A stretch of DNA of 64,000 nt from a virus (IMGVR_UViG_3300033068_001989:143752-207751); one strand, 5' to 3'; numbered from the stretch's first letter, positions 41,374 to 48,948 are shown. A program made the numbers and translations. Notes: generated by a model from the letters alone, not told the origin.

Positions 41374-41413
41374 ATAAAAAAGGGATTAAGTCGCTTGGCG
41401 TCCTAATCCCTTT
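41374..41413 (-). terminator. terminator-like hairpin after the Y-like RNA cluster
   Basis: AAAGGGATTAG..TTAATCCCTTT followed by a T tract. Confidence 0.65.
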
Positions 41414-41422
41414 ATAAAACTA

Positions 41423-41563
41423 ACAGAGAATGATGTAAGAAGTGTGAACAATTTAATGTCTGATTTTCATTCAGATGACTTAACCACTTGTCTAAATTTC
41501 CAGTTTAGCGGAAACTATCGGAGTCGAACCGATGTGCGATGTAACTTCTATACTTACTACTGT
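41423..41563 (-). ncRNA. Y-RNA-like element 3 (YrlA-type permuted order T - acceptor loop - D - anticodon)
   Basis: AGTAGTAA..AAGTTACATCG, ATCGGTTCGACTCCGAT, AGTTTCC/GGAAATT, D arm, TCTGA/TCAGA arm, CATTCTCT. Confidence 0.75.
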
Positions 41564-41571
41564 CGTATGTT

Positions 41572-41731
41572 TTATAAGGGAATGATGTAAATAGCGTTTT
41601 TTCTAACGTGCTCTACCAACTGAGCTATTCCCCCCAAATTTTTAATTTGTTTAGTGGGGGAAGATGGATTCGAACCACCGACACCGTGCTTTCAATGCAT
41701 ACGAAGTAACTATTTTACTGACCACTTATAA
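41572..41731 (-). ncRNA. Y-RNA-like element 4 (YrlA-type permuted order T - acceptor loop - D)
   Basis: AGTGGTCA..TAGTTACTTCG, GGTGGTTCGAATCCATC, TTCCCCC/GGGGGAA, TAGCTCAGTTGGTAGAGC, CATTCCCT. Confidence 0.78.
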
Positions 41732-41739
41732 TATGTTTT

Positions 41740-41874
41740 TTGTAAGGGAATGTTCGGGTGAGTTTCAATGGATGTTTTTGCTGGAGTTGAACCAGCTACC
41801 TAAAGTTTAAGAGACTCTCGCTCTACCAAGTGAGCTAAAAAACGAAGTAACTCATATTCCGTTACCACTTACAA
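41740..41874 (-). ncRNA. Y-RNA-like element 5 (normal D - anticodon - T order inside the conserved stem)
   Basis: AGTGGTAA..GAGTTACTTCG, GTTTTT/AAAAAC, D, anticodon-like and T arms, CATTCCCT. Confidence 0.75.
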
Positions 41875-41965
41875 TAATACTTTTTCAATGAACGTTTTGT
41901 GATTTTTATATGGAGGGAAATCCTCTTTGTTTCATAAAAATCAATATTTTTTTAAAATTTAACGA

Positions 41966-42121
41966 TCTTAGAGATATTGGGAAGGGAATGTTTAGAAAGG
42001 GATGCTAATAGTTTTTGCGGGAGTTGAACCCGCGACCTTAAATACCAAAAATTTACGCCCTACCAACTGGGCTAAAAAACGAAGTAACCTTTCAATTTAC
42101 CACTAACCAATATTTCTAAGA
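41966..42121 (-). ncRNA. Y-RNA-like element 6 (normal D - anticodon - T order)
   Basis: AGTGGTAA..AGGTTACTTCG, D, anticodon-like and T arms, CATTCCCT, extra 15-bp outer stem. Confidence 0.75.
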
Positions 42122-42130
42122 ACGTTTTTG

Positions 42131-42204
42131 TAGGCAAGGAGAGACTCGAACTCTCGACCTTCGCGGTATCAGCGCGACGCTCTAACCAACTGAGCTACCT
42201 GCCT
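42131..42204 (-). tRNA. tRNA-Ile(GAT)
   Basis: Cloverleaf. Confidence 0.95.
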
Positions 42205-42215
42205 ATTTTATTTCG

Positions 42216-42286
42216 AGATCCCGGAGGGATTCGAACCCCCGTCTTCAGATCCGTATTCTGAAATTCTTCCGCTGAACTACGGGACC
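42216..42286 (-). tRNA. tRNA-Arg(ACG)
   Basis: Cloverleaf. Confidence 0.9.
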
Positions 42287-42291
42287 TTATT

Positions 42292-42458
42292 TAATTCTCT
42301 GCGCCTCCATCTACAAGTAGCAATAAATGTGTTTATCCTTTCGCTGAATCGCCCTATAGACTCAGTTGCAGCTAATCAGCACTTAGATACCGCCTTCCTT
42401 TCTCACGGATTAAGGTTACACTTTGGAAATTCACCTCTACGGACACACAGAGAACTAA
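42292..42458 (-). ncRNA. ~165-nt rod-like RNA, possibly 6S-like
   Basis: Terminal stem TTCTCTGTGTGTCCGT/ATGGAGGCGCAGAGAA; length and shape fit 6S. Confidence 0.4.
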
Positions 42459-42461
42459 TTC

Positions 42462-42635
42462 TTATAATCTGTTTCGAAGAATCTCTATCTCCTTGTTAAG
42501 TCTTTTGATATCAGAATCGCTCAAATCGACTTTTTTATCTCTTGTACCTTTTTCGGTTTTAACGCCGCTTTTCAATTGTTCCTCCAACATAGACAATGCT
42601 CTTGCTTGTCTAGATCTTCTTTGGGTTGTTGCCAT
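42462..42635 (-). CDS. hypothetical 57-aa basic protein (not in ORF track)
   Basis: MATTQRRSRQARALSMLEEQLKSG..; directly after the early promoter at 42660-42692. Confidence 0.7.
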   Translation of the reverse strand: MATTQRRSRQARALSMLEEQLKSGVKTEKGTRDKKVDLSDSDIKRLNKEIEILRNRL

Positions 42636-42692
42636 TTTTGTATGTTTAATTATTATGATGCAAATATATGATATCCTTTCGAGATAAAAAAA

Positions 42693-43154
42693 TTAATTTG
42701 CAATTTTTTCAATAATAATTTCCTTAACCTTAACTGGACTCGCCATACCTGGAAACTTTTTATTAAAAGCACCGATAACTTTACCTGTTAAAACCTGTGC
42801 ATTTAATCCAAGACCATCCATTTCTGAAAGTAGTTCCATAACAGCGGATGTTATTTCTGAATCCTCCATTTGTTTAGGAAGATAAGATTCAATCGGTTTC
42901 AACTCAGCTGTTTCTTGTTCTACAAGATCCATTCTTCCGGCCTTTGTGAATTCCTCTACTGATTGTTTTCTTTGTTTGATTGTGCTTATAACAATCTTTA
43001 AAACATCAGCATCACTAAGCTCTGTTCCAGCTGGACCAGCTTTCTCAGCTTCTAGTATTTTGGACTTCAGACCACTTAAAGCACTTTTTGCTACTGTGTC
43101 TTTTGATTTGAATGCTGTAATATAATCAGCATTGATTTTCTCCTTTAGTGTCAT
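42693..43154 (-). CDS. GatB/YqeY domain protein
   Basis: MTLKEKINADYITAFKSKD..IKQRKQSVEEF..GRMDL..ESYLPKQ; start corrected to avoid the tRNA-like element. Confidence 0.88.
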   Translation of the reverse strand: MTLKEKINADYITAFKSKDTVAKSALSGLKSKILEAEKAGPAGTELSDADVLKIVISTIKQRKQSVEEFTKAGRMDLVEQETAELKPIESYLPKQMEDSEITSAVMELLSEMDGLGLNAQVLTGKVIGAFNKKFPGMASPVKVKEIIIEKIAN

Positions 43155-43169
43155 GTTTTCAATTTTTAG

Positions 43170-43238
43170 TGGAATATTGGGACTCGAACCCTGCCTCCCA
43201 CTGTTTAGTGGTTGCACATCCGCTTGTGCTTTTATCCC
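43170..43238 (-). ncRNA. degenerate tRNA-like element
   Basis: Acceptor, D and T arms present; anticodon loop TAAACA is non-canonical. Confidence 0.55.
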
Positions 43239-43302
43239 GTGGCCGGGGTTTATGGATATTTCTTAATCACCTCCAATGGGCCGACCCTTGGTGACAAATT
43301 AT

Positions 43303-43692
43303 TTAGATTGCTCCTTCTCCGCCACTTATGAAATATAGGACTGATCTAATATTTCTCTGTTCGTTACCTAGAGCTTCTATCTTAATTCTTTTCTCCTGTA
43401 CGGATCTCTGTGTTTTAGCAAGATCTGTCTTAGCAACAATCAATTCATAATTGTCTGCAGTTTTTTCAACAAAAGCAGCATCTCTTGCCTCTGCATTACT
43501 GTAAGCCTTTTTACCAGCACCGTCTACAGTAGCACCTATCTCAGCTTTAATTACAGATTCAATCTGCGTAATCTTCTCTGATTGAGATTGAGATGTTTCT
43601 GTTAATGTTAATAGCTCCAACTGGGCTTCAACAATCTTTGCCGGAATCTCCAATAATCTATTAGCTAATGATTCCAATCTTTCCTTGTCCAT
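43303..43692 (-). CDS. hypothetical coiled-coil protein
   Basis: 129-aa helical ORF. Confidence 0.75.
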   Translation of the reverse strand: MDKERLESLANRLLEIPAKIVEAQLELLTLTETSQSQSEKITQIESVIKAEIGATVDGAGKKAYSNAEARDAAFVEKTADNYELIVAKTDLAKTQRSVQEKRIKIEALGNEQRNIRSVLYFISGGEGAI

Positions 43693-43713
43693 TTCGAAAT
43701 GTTTAAAAATTAG

Positions 43714-43803
43714 TGATCAGAACAGGAATCGAACCTGTGCTCTGCCGAAGATACCCCGATTTCTCGGATCGACGACCAAATACTCCCACTATATCATCTG
43801 ATC
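43714..43803 (-). ncRNA. tRNA-like RNA with an enlarged anticodon arm
   Basis: GATCAGA/TCTGATC acceptor, T arm ACAGGTTCGATTCCTGT, extra hairpin in place of the anticodon loop. Confidence 0.6.
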
Positions 43804-43811
43804 AATTTCAT

Positions 43812-43890
43812 TTGAAGCTCACAAAAGACCCAACTTTAAGCTCAAAAATGCTCGAAATTGAGCTTCATTTTGAGTTTTTGTGAGCTTCAT
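43812..43890. repeat. long imperfect palindrome
   Basis: tgaagctcacaaaa/ttttgtgagcttca with nested aagctcaa/ttgagctt. Confidence 0.7.
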
Positions 43891-44094
43891 TTCCTATTGA
43901 GATCCAATTCAGACTTTAGACCGCTACTAACACCCTTATTCCATACCCTCGGGATCTGATGTGAAGGAATCGAACCTTCCTAGAGCCGTCGCTCCATACT
44001 CAGAATAACATCTATTCCCTACTCTTTGGTGATGACTTTCGTCTGTTCATCTTATTCCTCCTTTTTTATTCTTTCGAACTAATTGGATCTCTTG

Positions 44095-44169
44095 TGATTC
44101 CTGTAGGATTCGAACCTACGACCCTCTCGGTGTAAACGAGATGCTCTGAACCAACTGAGCTAAGGAACC
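44095..44169 (-). tRNA. tRNA-Val(TAC)
   Basis: Cloverleaf. Confidence 0.95.
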
Positions 44170-44191
44170 AGTTGCTGATATTTATATCAGG

Positions 44192-44752
44192 CTATTTTAT
44201 TTTCTTATTTTTTGGAGCTTCCACTTTGGATGAGAATATCTCTTTTACACTTCCGTCATGATAGAATATTCTAGCATCAGGATAGGTACATCCATATTGA
44301 TCAGCCATTACCTGTGCATAATCTTCTATGGTATTAAGCTTAATTAATCCTTCGATTATTTTTGATCCGTATTTTTCTCCTATCTCTGGGATTTTGATCC
44401 ATTCCATGTCAGAGTATCTTTCAAGTAATACCTTCAATTCATCTTCAGCACTTAAACCATATCCACTAATCCATCTTTCAACCGGATATCTACCATCTTT
44501 TTCTTGAGTCATTGAAGTTATATCTATGGAATGAGATCCATACCAACGATCACCACAACATTCACAATCCATGCCCTCATCAACACCATTCCAATAGCAT
44601 CCGAGATCTTCAGCGATAGAATCTGCTTCAGCTGAGCTCCTTGCTTCTATGAATAATCTGTGACATAATTTATCATCTGTCACAAAAGAACCTCCTGAGT
44701 TGTTTTGTGAGATTTCATAAAATTTTAAGCTACCGTCTTCTTTTCTTTTCAT
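44192..44752 (-). CDS. hypothetical protein with a CECCGDRW motif
   Basis: QNNSGG and CECCGDRW motifs. Confidence 0.75.
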   Translation of the reverse strand: MKRKEDGSLKFYEISQNNSGGSFVTDDKLCHRLFIEARSSAEADSIAEDLGCYWNGVDEGMDCECCGDRWYGSHSIDITSMTQEKDGRYPVERWISGYGLSAEDELKVLLERYSDMEWIKIPEIGEKYGSKIIEGLIKLNTIEDYAQVMADQYGCTYPDARIFYHDGSVKEIFSSKVEAPKNKKIK

Positions 44753-44762
44753 TTTTATGTTT

Positions 44763-44993
44763 TTAGAAATAGATCCATCCTGCACATCTCTTTGGATATT
44801 TTGATGAGAAATCTATGAAATCTGGATCCTCACCTCTGATGAATTTATGAATTGATACATTTTCTTTTGTCCTGTTTGCTTTATTAAATTGTCTAACAAA
44901 ATCACTGGGAACGTTGCACCAGTAGTTATATCTACCCGGTGTGTGTCTTCTTCTTTGTGCTTCGGTCCAAGACCATCTCTTTTTTGTTTTCAT
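44763..44993 (-). CDS. small basic protein preceded by uORF MKKKFDMY*
   Basis: 76-aa Arg/Lys/Trp-rich ORF; uORF at 45014-45040. Confidence 0.7.
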   Translation of the reverse strand: MKTKKRWSWTEAQRRRHTPGRYNYWCNVPSDFVRQFNKANRTKENVSIHKFIRGEDPDFIDFSSKYPKRCAGWIYF

Positions 44994-45053
44994 TTTGTAT
45001 TAGGTTATTTTACCTAATACATGTCGAATTTCTTTTTCATATTTAATTATTTG

Positions 45054-45126
45054 TGGAGCTGATGGGATTCGAACCCACATCCTCCTCCGTGCAAGGGAGG
45101 CGCTCAGCCAGTTGAGCTACAGCCCC
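45054..45126 (-). tRNA. tRNA-Ala(TGC)
   Basis: Cloverleaf, G3:U70. Confidence 0.95.
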
Positions 45127-45134
45127 AAATTTTG

Positions 45135-45208
45135 TAGCGAGAGTGGGTTTCGAACCCACGACCTCCGGGTTATGATTCCAGCGCTCTGACCATCTGAGCT
45201 ATCTCGCC
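45135..45208 (-). tRNA. tRNA-Met(CAT), elongator
   Basis: Cloverleaf. Confidence 0.9.
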
Positions 45209-45248
45209 AATTCATAGACCTTAATAGAACCTATGAAAACAATCATTT

Positions 45249-45482
45249 TTACTGGTGATGTTTGACATATCTGCCAAACCTATCAACTCTAACCTCCATC
45301 TTAGTGAGGTTAAAATTCCAGTTTTGAAAAACACCCAAGCCAGATCTTTGTCTTGCTTGTTTAATAGCAGATTGCTCTGCCTTTTCGCGACCTTCTTCCG
45401 TAGTCTCTACGAAAAAAGTGGGAGCCTGAACACCAGTCTTACTGGTAGGAACTACTCTCCAAATTCTCAAATTTTGAGTCAT
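45249..45482 (-). CDS. small basic protein preceded by uORF MKTIIDST*
   Basis: 77-aa ORF; uORF at 45505-45531. Confidence 0.7.
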   Translation of the reverse strand: MTQNLRIWRVVPTSKTGVQAPTFFVETTEEGREKAEQSAIKQARQRSGLGVFQNWNFNLTKMEVRVDRFGRYVKHHQ

Positions 45483-45554
45483 AATATTTAGCTAATAGCT
45501 AAAACTATGTTGAGTCGATGATTGTTTTCATGTTCTTAATTTATTTTAATTTTG

Positions 45555-45627
45555 AGCAGAAGACGGGACTCGAACCCGCAACAACCTGCTTGGAAGGCAG
45601 GAGCTCTACCAATTGAGCTACTTCTGC
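45555..45627 (-). tRNA. tRNA-Gly(TCC)
   Basis: Cloverleaf. Confidence 0.95.
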
Positions 45628-45671
45628 ATGGAGCCGGCACGATGATTCAATCGTGGATCTTCCGGAATGTG

Positions 45672-45744
45672 AGCGATAGACCGGGGTCGAACCGGCGACC
45701 TTTGCCTTGGCAAGGCAACGCTCTACCAACTGAGCTACTATCGC
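45672..45744 (-). tRNA. tRNA-Gly(GCC)
   Basis: Cloverleaf. Confidence 0.95.
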
Positions 45745-45835
45745 ATGATCGGGTAGCGTCGAACTAAGTTTAATGTTAGTCCTATACCCGCTGGTTACAT
45801 TTCCACGAAGGAAAGAGGCTTTACCAGGCACCCTG

Positions 45836-45907
45836 AGGGCAGAGTGGGATTCGAACCCACGACCAGTTGATTAACAGTCAACTGCTCTACCGCTGAGCTA
45901 TCCACCC
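45836..45907 (-). tRNA. tRNA-Asn(GTT), atypical acceptor
   Basis: Cloverleaf, CTGTTAA loop, GGG start and U73. Confidence 0.85.
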
Positions 45908-45962
45908 TTTTTAATCTTAGTTATTGCTAATGGATAAGTTTCCTTATACTATTGGATATTTG

Positions 45963-46035
45963 TGGGACCGGGCGGGATCGAACCGCCATCATCGGATTTT
46001 CAGTCCGCTGCATAGACCAACTTTGCTACAGTCCC
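45963..46035 (-). tRNA. tRNA-Phe(GAA)
   Basis: Cloverleaf. Confidence 0.92.
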
Positions 46036-46048
46036 TTTTTTATTTTTG

Positions 46049-46122
46049 CTCTTCTGACTGGATTCGAACCAGCAACCCCAGGTTTAACAAACCTTCGCTC
46101 TGACCGTTGGAGCTACAGAAGA
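46049..46122 (-). tRNA. tRNA-Asn(GTT)
   Basis: Cloverleaf, G73. Confidence 0.9.
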
Positions 46123-46128
46123 ATGTTG

Positions 46129-46239
46129 TGGAGTAGCTGGAATTGAACCACGCTATCTGGGATAAGTACTAATAGTCTTACTCTTGCTATCTAGAATCTG
46201 AAGCAGACCCTATCAGACATTTCCCAGCCCTTTTACTCC
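46129..46239 (-). ncRNA. tRNA-like RNA: acceptor and T arm around a branched insert
   Basis: GGAGTA/TACTCC ends, TGGTTCAATTCCA T arm, CTGGGA/TCCCAG inner helix. Confidence 0.6.
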
Positions 46240-46244
46240 GTTTG

Positions 46245-46326
46245 TGCCAGCAGAGGGACTCGAACCCCCGAACCCTTAAGGGAACAGATTTACAGTCTGC
46301 AGTAATTGCCGCTATACGATACTGGC
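46245..46326 (-). tRNA. tRNA-Tyr(GTA)
   Basis: Cloverleaf with variable arm. Confidence 0.92.
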
Positions 46327-46331
46327 TTTTG

Positions 46332-46405
46332 TGACCCCGATGGGACTCGAACCCATGACTCCCTCATTAAAAGTGAGGTGCTCTAGCCAGCTGAGCTACG
46401 AGGTC
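46332..46405 (-). tRNA. tRNA-Lys(TTT)
   Basis: Cloverleaf. Confidence 0.95.
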
Positions 46406-46579
46406 ATTATAATAAAGTTGTTTTTGTTTAATAAACCTGCCTGGTTTATTATGATTTTTCAACTTTAGTGTATTGATTTAGTTTCCGTTATGCCAAAGAT
46501 CATATTTTTTTAACATTGCAAATATATGAAATGCTTTCGAATTAAAAAAATATTTTTTTAATTATTTTTTTAATTTTTG

Positions 46580-46650
46580 TTGGGATACCAGGATTCGAAC
46601 CTGGAATAACTGGACCAAAACCAGTTGTGTTACCGTTACACCATATCCCA
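46580..46650 (-). tRNA. tRNA-Gln(TTG)
   Basis: Cloverleaf. Confidence 0.95.
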
Positions 46651-46659
46651 TTAAATTTG

Positions 46660-46730
46660 CACGGACTGGAGGATTCGAACCTTCATCGTCGGTTTTGGAG
46701 ACCGGTATGCTACCATTGCACCAAGCCCGT
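46660..46730 (-). tRNA. tRNA-Trp(CCA)
   Basis: Cloverleaf. Confidence 0.93.
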
Positions 46731-46734
46731 GTGT

Positions 46735-46962
46735 TTATCTGGTTGCTTTATGAAACTCGTTATTATCTAAAGCCTTCCTGATGTACCTCATAAAGAAGAT
46801 GGCATTATCTTCTGCTAACAATGTTGCTTCTCCTATATCATTCAATCTAACAGGAAATGTGTGATCCGAACCATCAACGAAAACGTTGTAATAAGCGATG
46901 TCATTCTTTAGATGTGAAAATCTAACTTTGTTGTCTTTTACGATTTCTTTTATTGTTGCCAT
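46735..46962 (-). CDS. hypothetical protein
   Basis: 75-aa ORF between tRNA-Pro and tRNA-Trp. Confidence 0.75.
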   Translation of the reverse strand: MATIKEIVKDNKVRFSHLKNDIAYYNVFVDGSDHTFPVRLNDIGEATLLAEDNAIFFMRYIRKALDNNEFHKATR

Positions 46963-46978
46963 TTTGTTTATTTATTTG

Positions 46979-47054
46979 TCGGGATACAGAGACTCGAACT
47001 CTGATGATGTCCTGCTCCCAAAGCAGGCGACTTAGCCAATTAGTCCACATCCCG
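46979..47054 (-). tRNA. tRNA-Pro(TGG)
   Basis: Cloverleaf. Confidence 0.92.
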
Positions 47055-47073
47055 TTAATTTTAATTTCAGTCC

Positions 47074-47271
47074 AAAAAAAAACTCCAGATCTTTTAAGAT
47101 CTGGAGTAAAAATATTTAATGCTTATTTGACTAGTTCTTACATTAAATTATATCGTGACCTCCAGATCCCTTGCTGTACCCATTATACCATTTGGCAATG
47201 CCCACCTGATTAAAGGGTGCAACGCTCTGCGGCATAAACGGTTTTACATTATTTCGGAAAGTTGTTTTCAT
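47074..47271 (-). promoter_or_regulatory. leader-peptide attenuator 2 (42-aa uORF 47143-47271, terminator 47074-47107)
   Basis: uORF MKTTFRNNVKPFMPQSVAPFNQVGIAKWYNGYSKGSGGHDII*; its GATCTGGAG is complementary to CTCCAGATC in the terminator 5' arm. Confidence 0.68.
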
Positions 47272-47369
47272 TGTTTTTTAAATTATAGATTTATATATCT
47301 AATTGATTTTAATATTTTATGCAAATTTATGGAAAAGTTTCGAATAAAAAAAATTATTTTTGATTTTTT

Positions 47370-47615
47370 TTAAATATTTTTAATTATTTCATCTAAACCA
47401 ATCTCTTTTACTGAGTCGAAATCGGAAGCATCATATGGTGTATCCTCCAGAATATAATATTTTTCCATGAAATATGGTCCTGATCCGTATCCTATTGCAA
47501 GTGCCTTCATTTCCTTTCCCCCGTATGCTACCAAAACAGTTCTTAGCGACGTGTTAGTATTTTTATTCATTACTTCCTCTAGCAAAGTAGAATTAAATTC
47601 CTGTATATGTTTCAT
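47370..47615 (-). CDS. hypothetical protein
   Basis: MKHIQEFN..LLEE N-terminus. Confidence 0.7.
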   Translation of the reverse strand: MKHIQEFNSTLLEEVMNKNTNTSLRTVLVAYGGKEMKALAIGYGSGPYFMEKYYILEDTPYDASDFDSVKEIGLDEIIKNI

Positions 47616-47624
47616 ATTTTTATT

Positions 47625-48317
47625 TTATTTTTTGCTCCATTCCTTCTTAGCATCCTTAGCTCCTGCTTTAGATACCCCACATTTGGTTGATTTAAAACTT
47701 GGTCCTTGTAAACCGTCTAATGGTTGATCTTCTCCTTTTGCTCTTTCCTCCTGCCATGCATAATACTCCTCAACAGATTTAAAACCAAGTCTTTTTGCTC
47801 TCTCCTCAACATCCTTTCTCATTTTTGCAACCTTGATCTCCTTTTTCATATTTGCATAATCCCTGGCTGATATTCTTTTATGTGATTCCAATTCCCCTTT
47901 GGTTACATTGGTCCCATTTTCTACTATTTTAATAGTAACCGTTGTTTGGTATCTACCATCTTCGAGCTTTAATGTTATTTCGTCGACAACTTCATATGAA
48001 ATATTGGATTCTGGTGGTACACATTGGCTGATATTTACTATTGCGTGTGATAGAGCTATCCTTTTTGATTGTGATTCGTCAGATGATATGCATACGCCTG
48101 TTCCTATGCTTTCCTCCTCGTCATCTCCAGCATTTTTATATTTTCCTGCTATCTCATTTTTAATGTTAGCACTTATGTCTGGTGATGCTAATAATGAAGC
48201 TATTATTGCAGTTGTGGCAAATCCTGATTTTGCTCTTGATATTAAGGAATTAAGATCCTCGTTTATTGGTTCGTCTTTTAAAGAATTAAATTCCTCGAAT
48301 AGTTGTAAATGTTTCAT
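47625..48317 (-). CDS. hypothetical protein, putative virion-internal
   Basis: MKHLQLFEEF N-terminus; GATATATA immediately upstream. Confidence 0.75.
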   Translation of the reverse strand: MKHLQLFEEFNSLKDEPINEDLNSLISRAKSGFATTAIIASLLASPDISANIKNEIAGKYKNAGDDEEESIGTGVCISSDESQSKRIALSHAIVNISQCVPPESNISYEVVDEITLKLEDGRYQTTVTIKIVENGTNVTKGELESHKRISARDYANMKKEIKVAKMRKDVEERAKRLGFKSVEEYYAWQEERAKGEDQPLDGLQGPSFKSTKCGVSKAGAKDAKKEWSKK

Positions 48318-48346
48318 CCCTTATATATCCGGGATGTATTAGATTT

Positions 48347-48769
48347 TTATCTATTGGAATGGTTCCACTTGGCTCTTATGCAAGTCTGTGGTTTTCTTCT
48401 TTCCTTCAAATACATATTAATATATCCCATCATGTTACCAGATCCTATTGGATTAGCGCTATGTACGTAACATTGTGGGATCTCAAGATTATTTTCTCTT
48501 GCTAAATTAACTAACCATTTAACAACATCCATCCCAGTTTTTTCTGTTATAGAATCGTAGCATATGGTGTAATTGAACCTTGTATTTTTAAAGAAGTGAT
48601 CTATTGCGGAAGGACCAAGATCATGATCCAATGATATCAATTCGACGTTATTTAGACCTGTATTAAGGACTAATTTAACAAATTCATCATAATCTCTTAC
48701 CGTAACCCATTCTTTCCCTAGCGGGTGCTCTAATGGTGTTCTAGTGTCGTCTAGATAGATTGATATCAT
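48347..48769 (-). CDS. cyclic-phosphate-processing receiver-domain protein
   Basis: IYLDDTRTP, ISLDHDLG, TGMDVVKWL, VHSANPIG. Confidence 0.8.
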   Translation of the reverse strand: MISIYLDDTRTPLEHPLGKEWVTVRDYDEFVKLVLNTGLNNVELISLDHDLGPSAIDHFFKNTRFNYTICYDSITEKTGMDVVKWLVNLARENNLEIPQCYVHSANPIGSGNMMGYINMYLKERRKPQTCIRAKWNHSNR

Positions 48770-48782
48770 TTAATTTTTTTTG

Positions 48783-48864
48783 TGATCTGAAAGAGATTCG
48801 AACTCTCACGCTTATTAGCACCGCCCCCTCAAGACGGCGTGTCTACCAATTCCACCACCAGACC
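48783..48864 (-). tRNA. tRNA-Leu(GAG)
   Basis: Cloverleaf with variable arm. Confidence 0.93.
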
Positions 48865-48874
48865 TTATTATTTG

Positions 48875-48948
48875 TACCCGAGGAGGGACTCGAACCCTCA
48901 AAATCTAGATCCTAAGTCTAGCGCGTCTGCCAATTTCGCCACCCGGGC
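48875..48948 (-). tRNA. tRNA-Leu(TAG) lacking the long variable arm
   Basis: Leu-type D arm, CTTAGGA loop, only about 4 nt of variable region. Confidence 0.85.

Noticed and set aside
41423-42121. Regularly recurring cgaagtaac..ccact motif as a CRISPR array
   Set aside because: The repeats are bipartite and covary, and the intervening sequences are tRNA arms rather than spacers.
34668-47373. ORF-track entries overlapping tRNAs (34668-34932, 36181-36372, 45541-45831, 45952-46146, 46953-47373) and the 5' extension of the YqeY ORF
   Set aside because: Chance frames across RNA genes and regulatory leaders.
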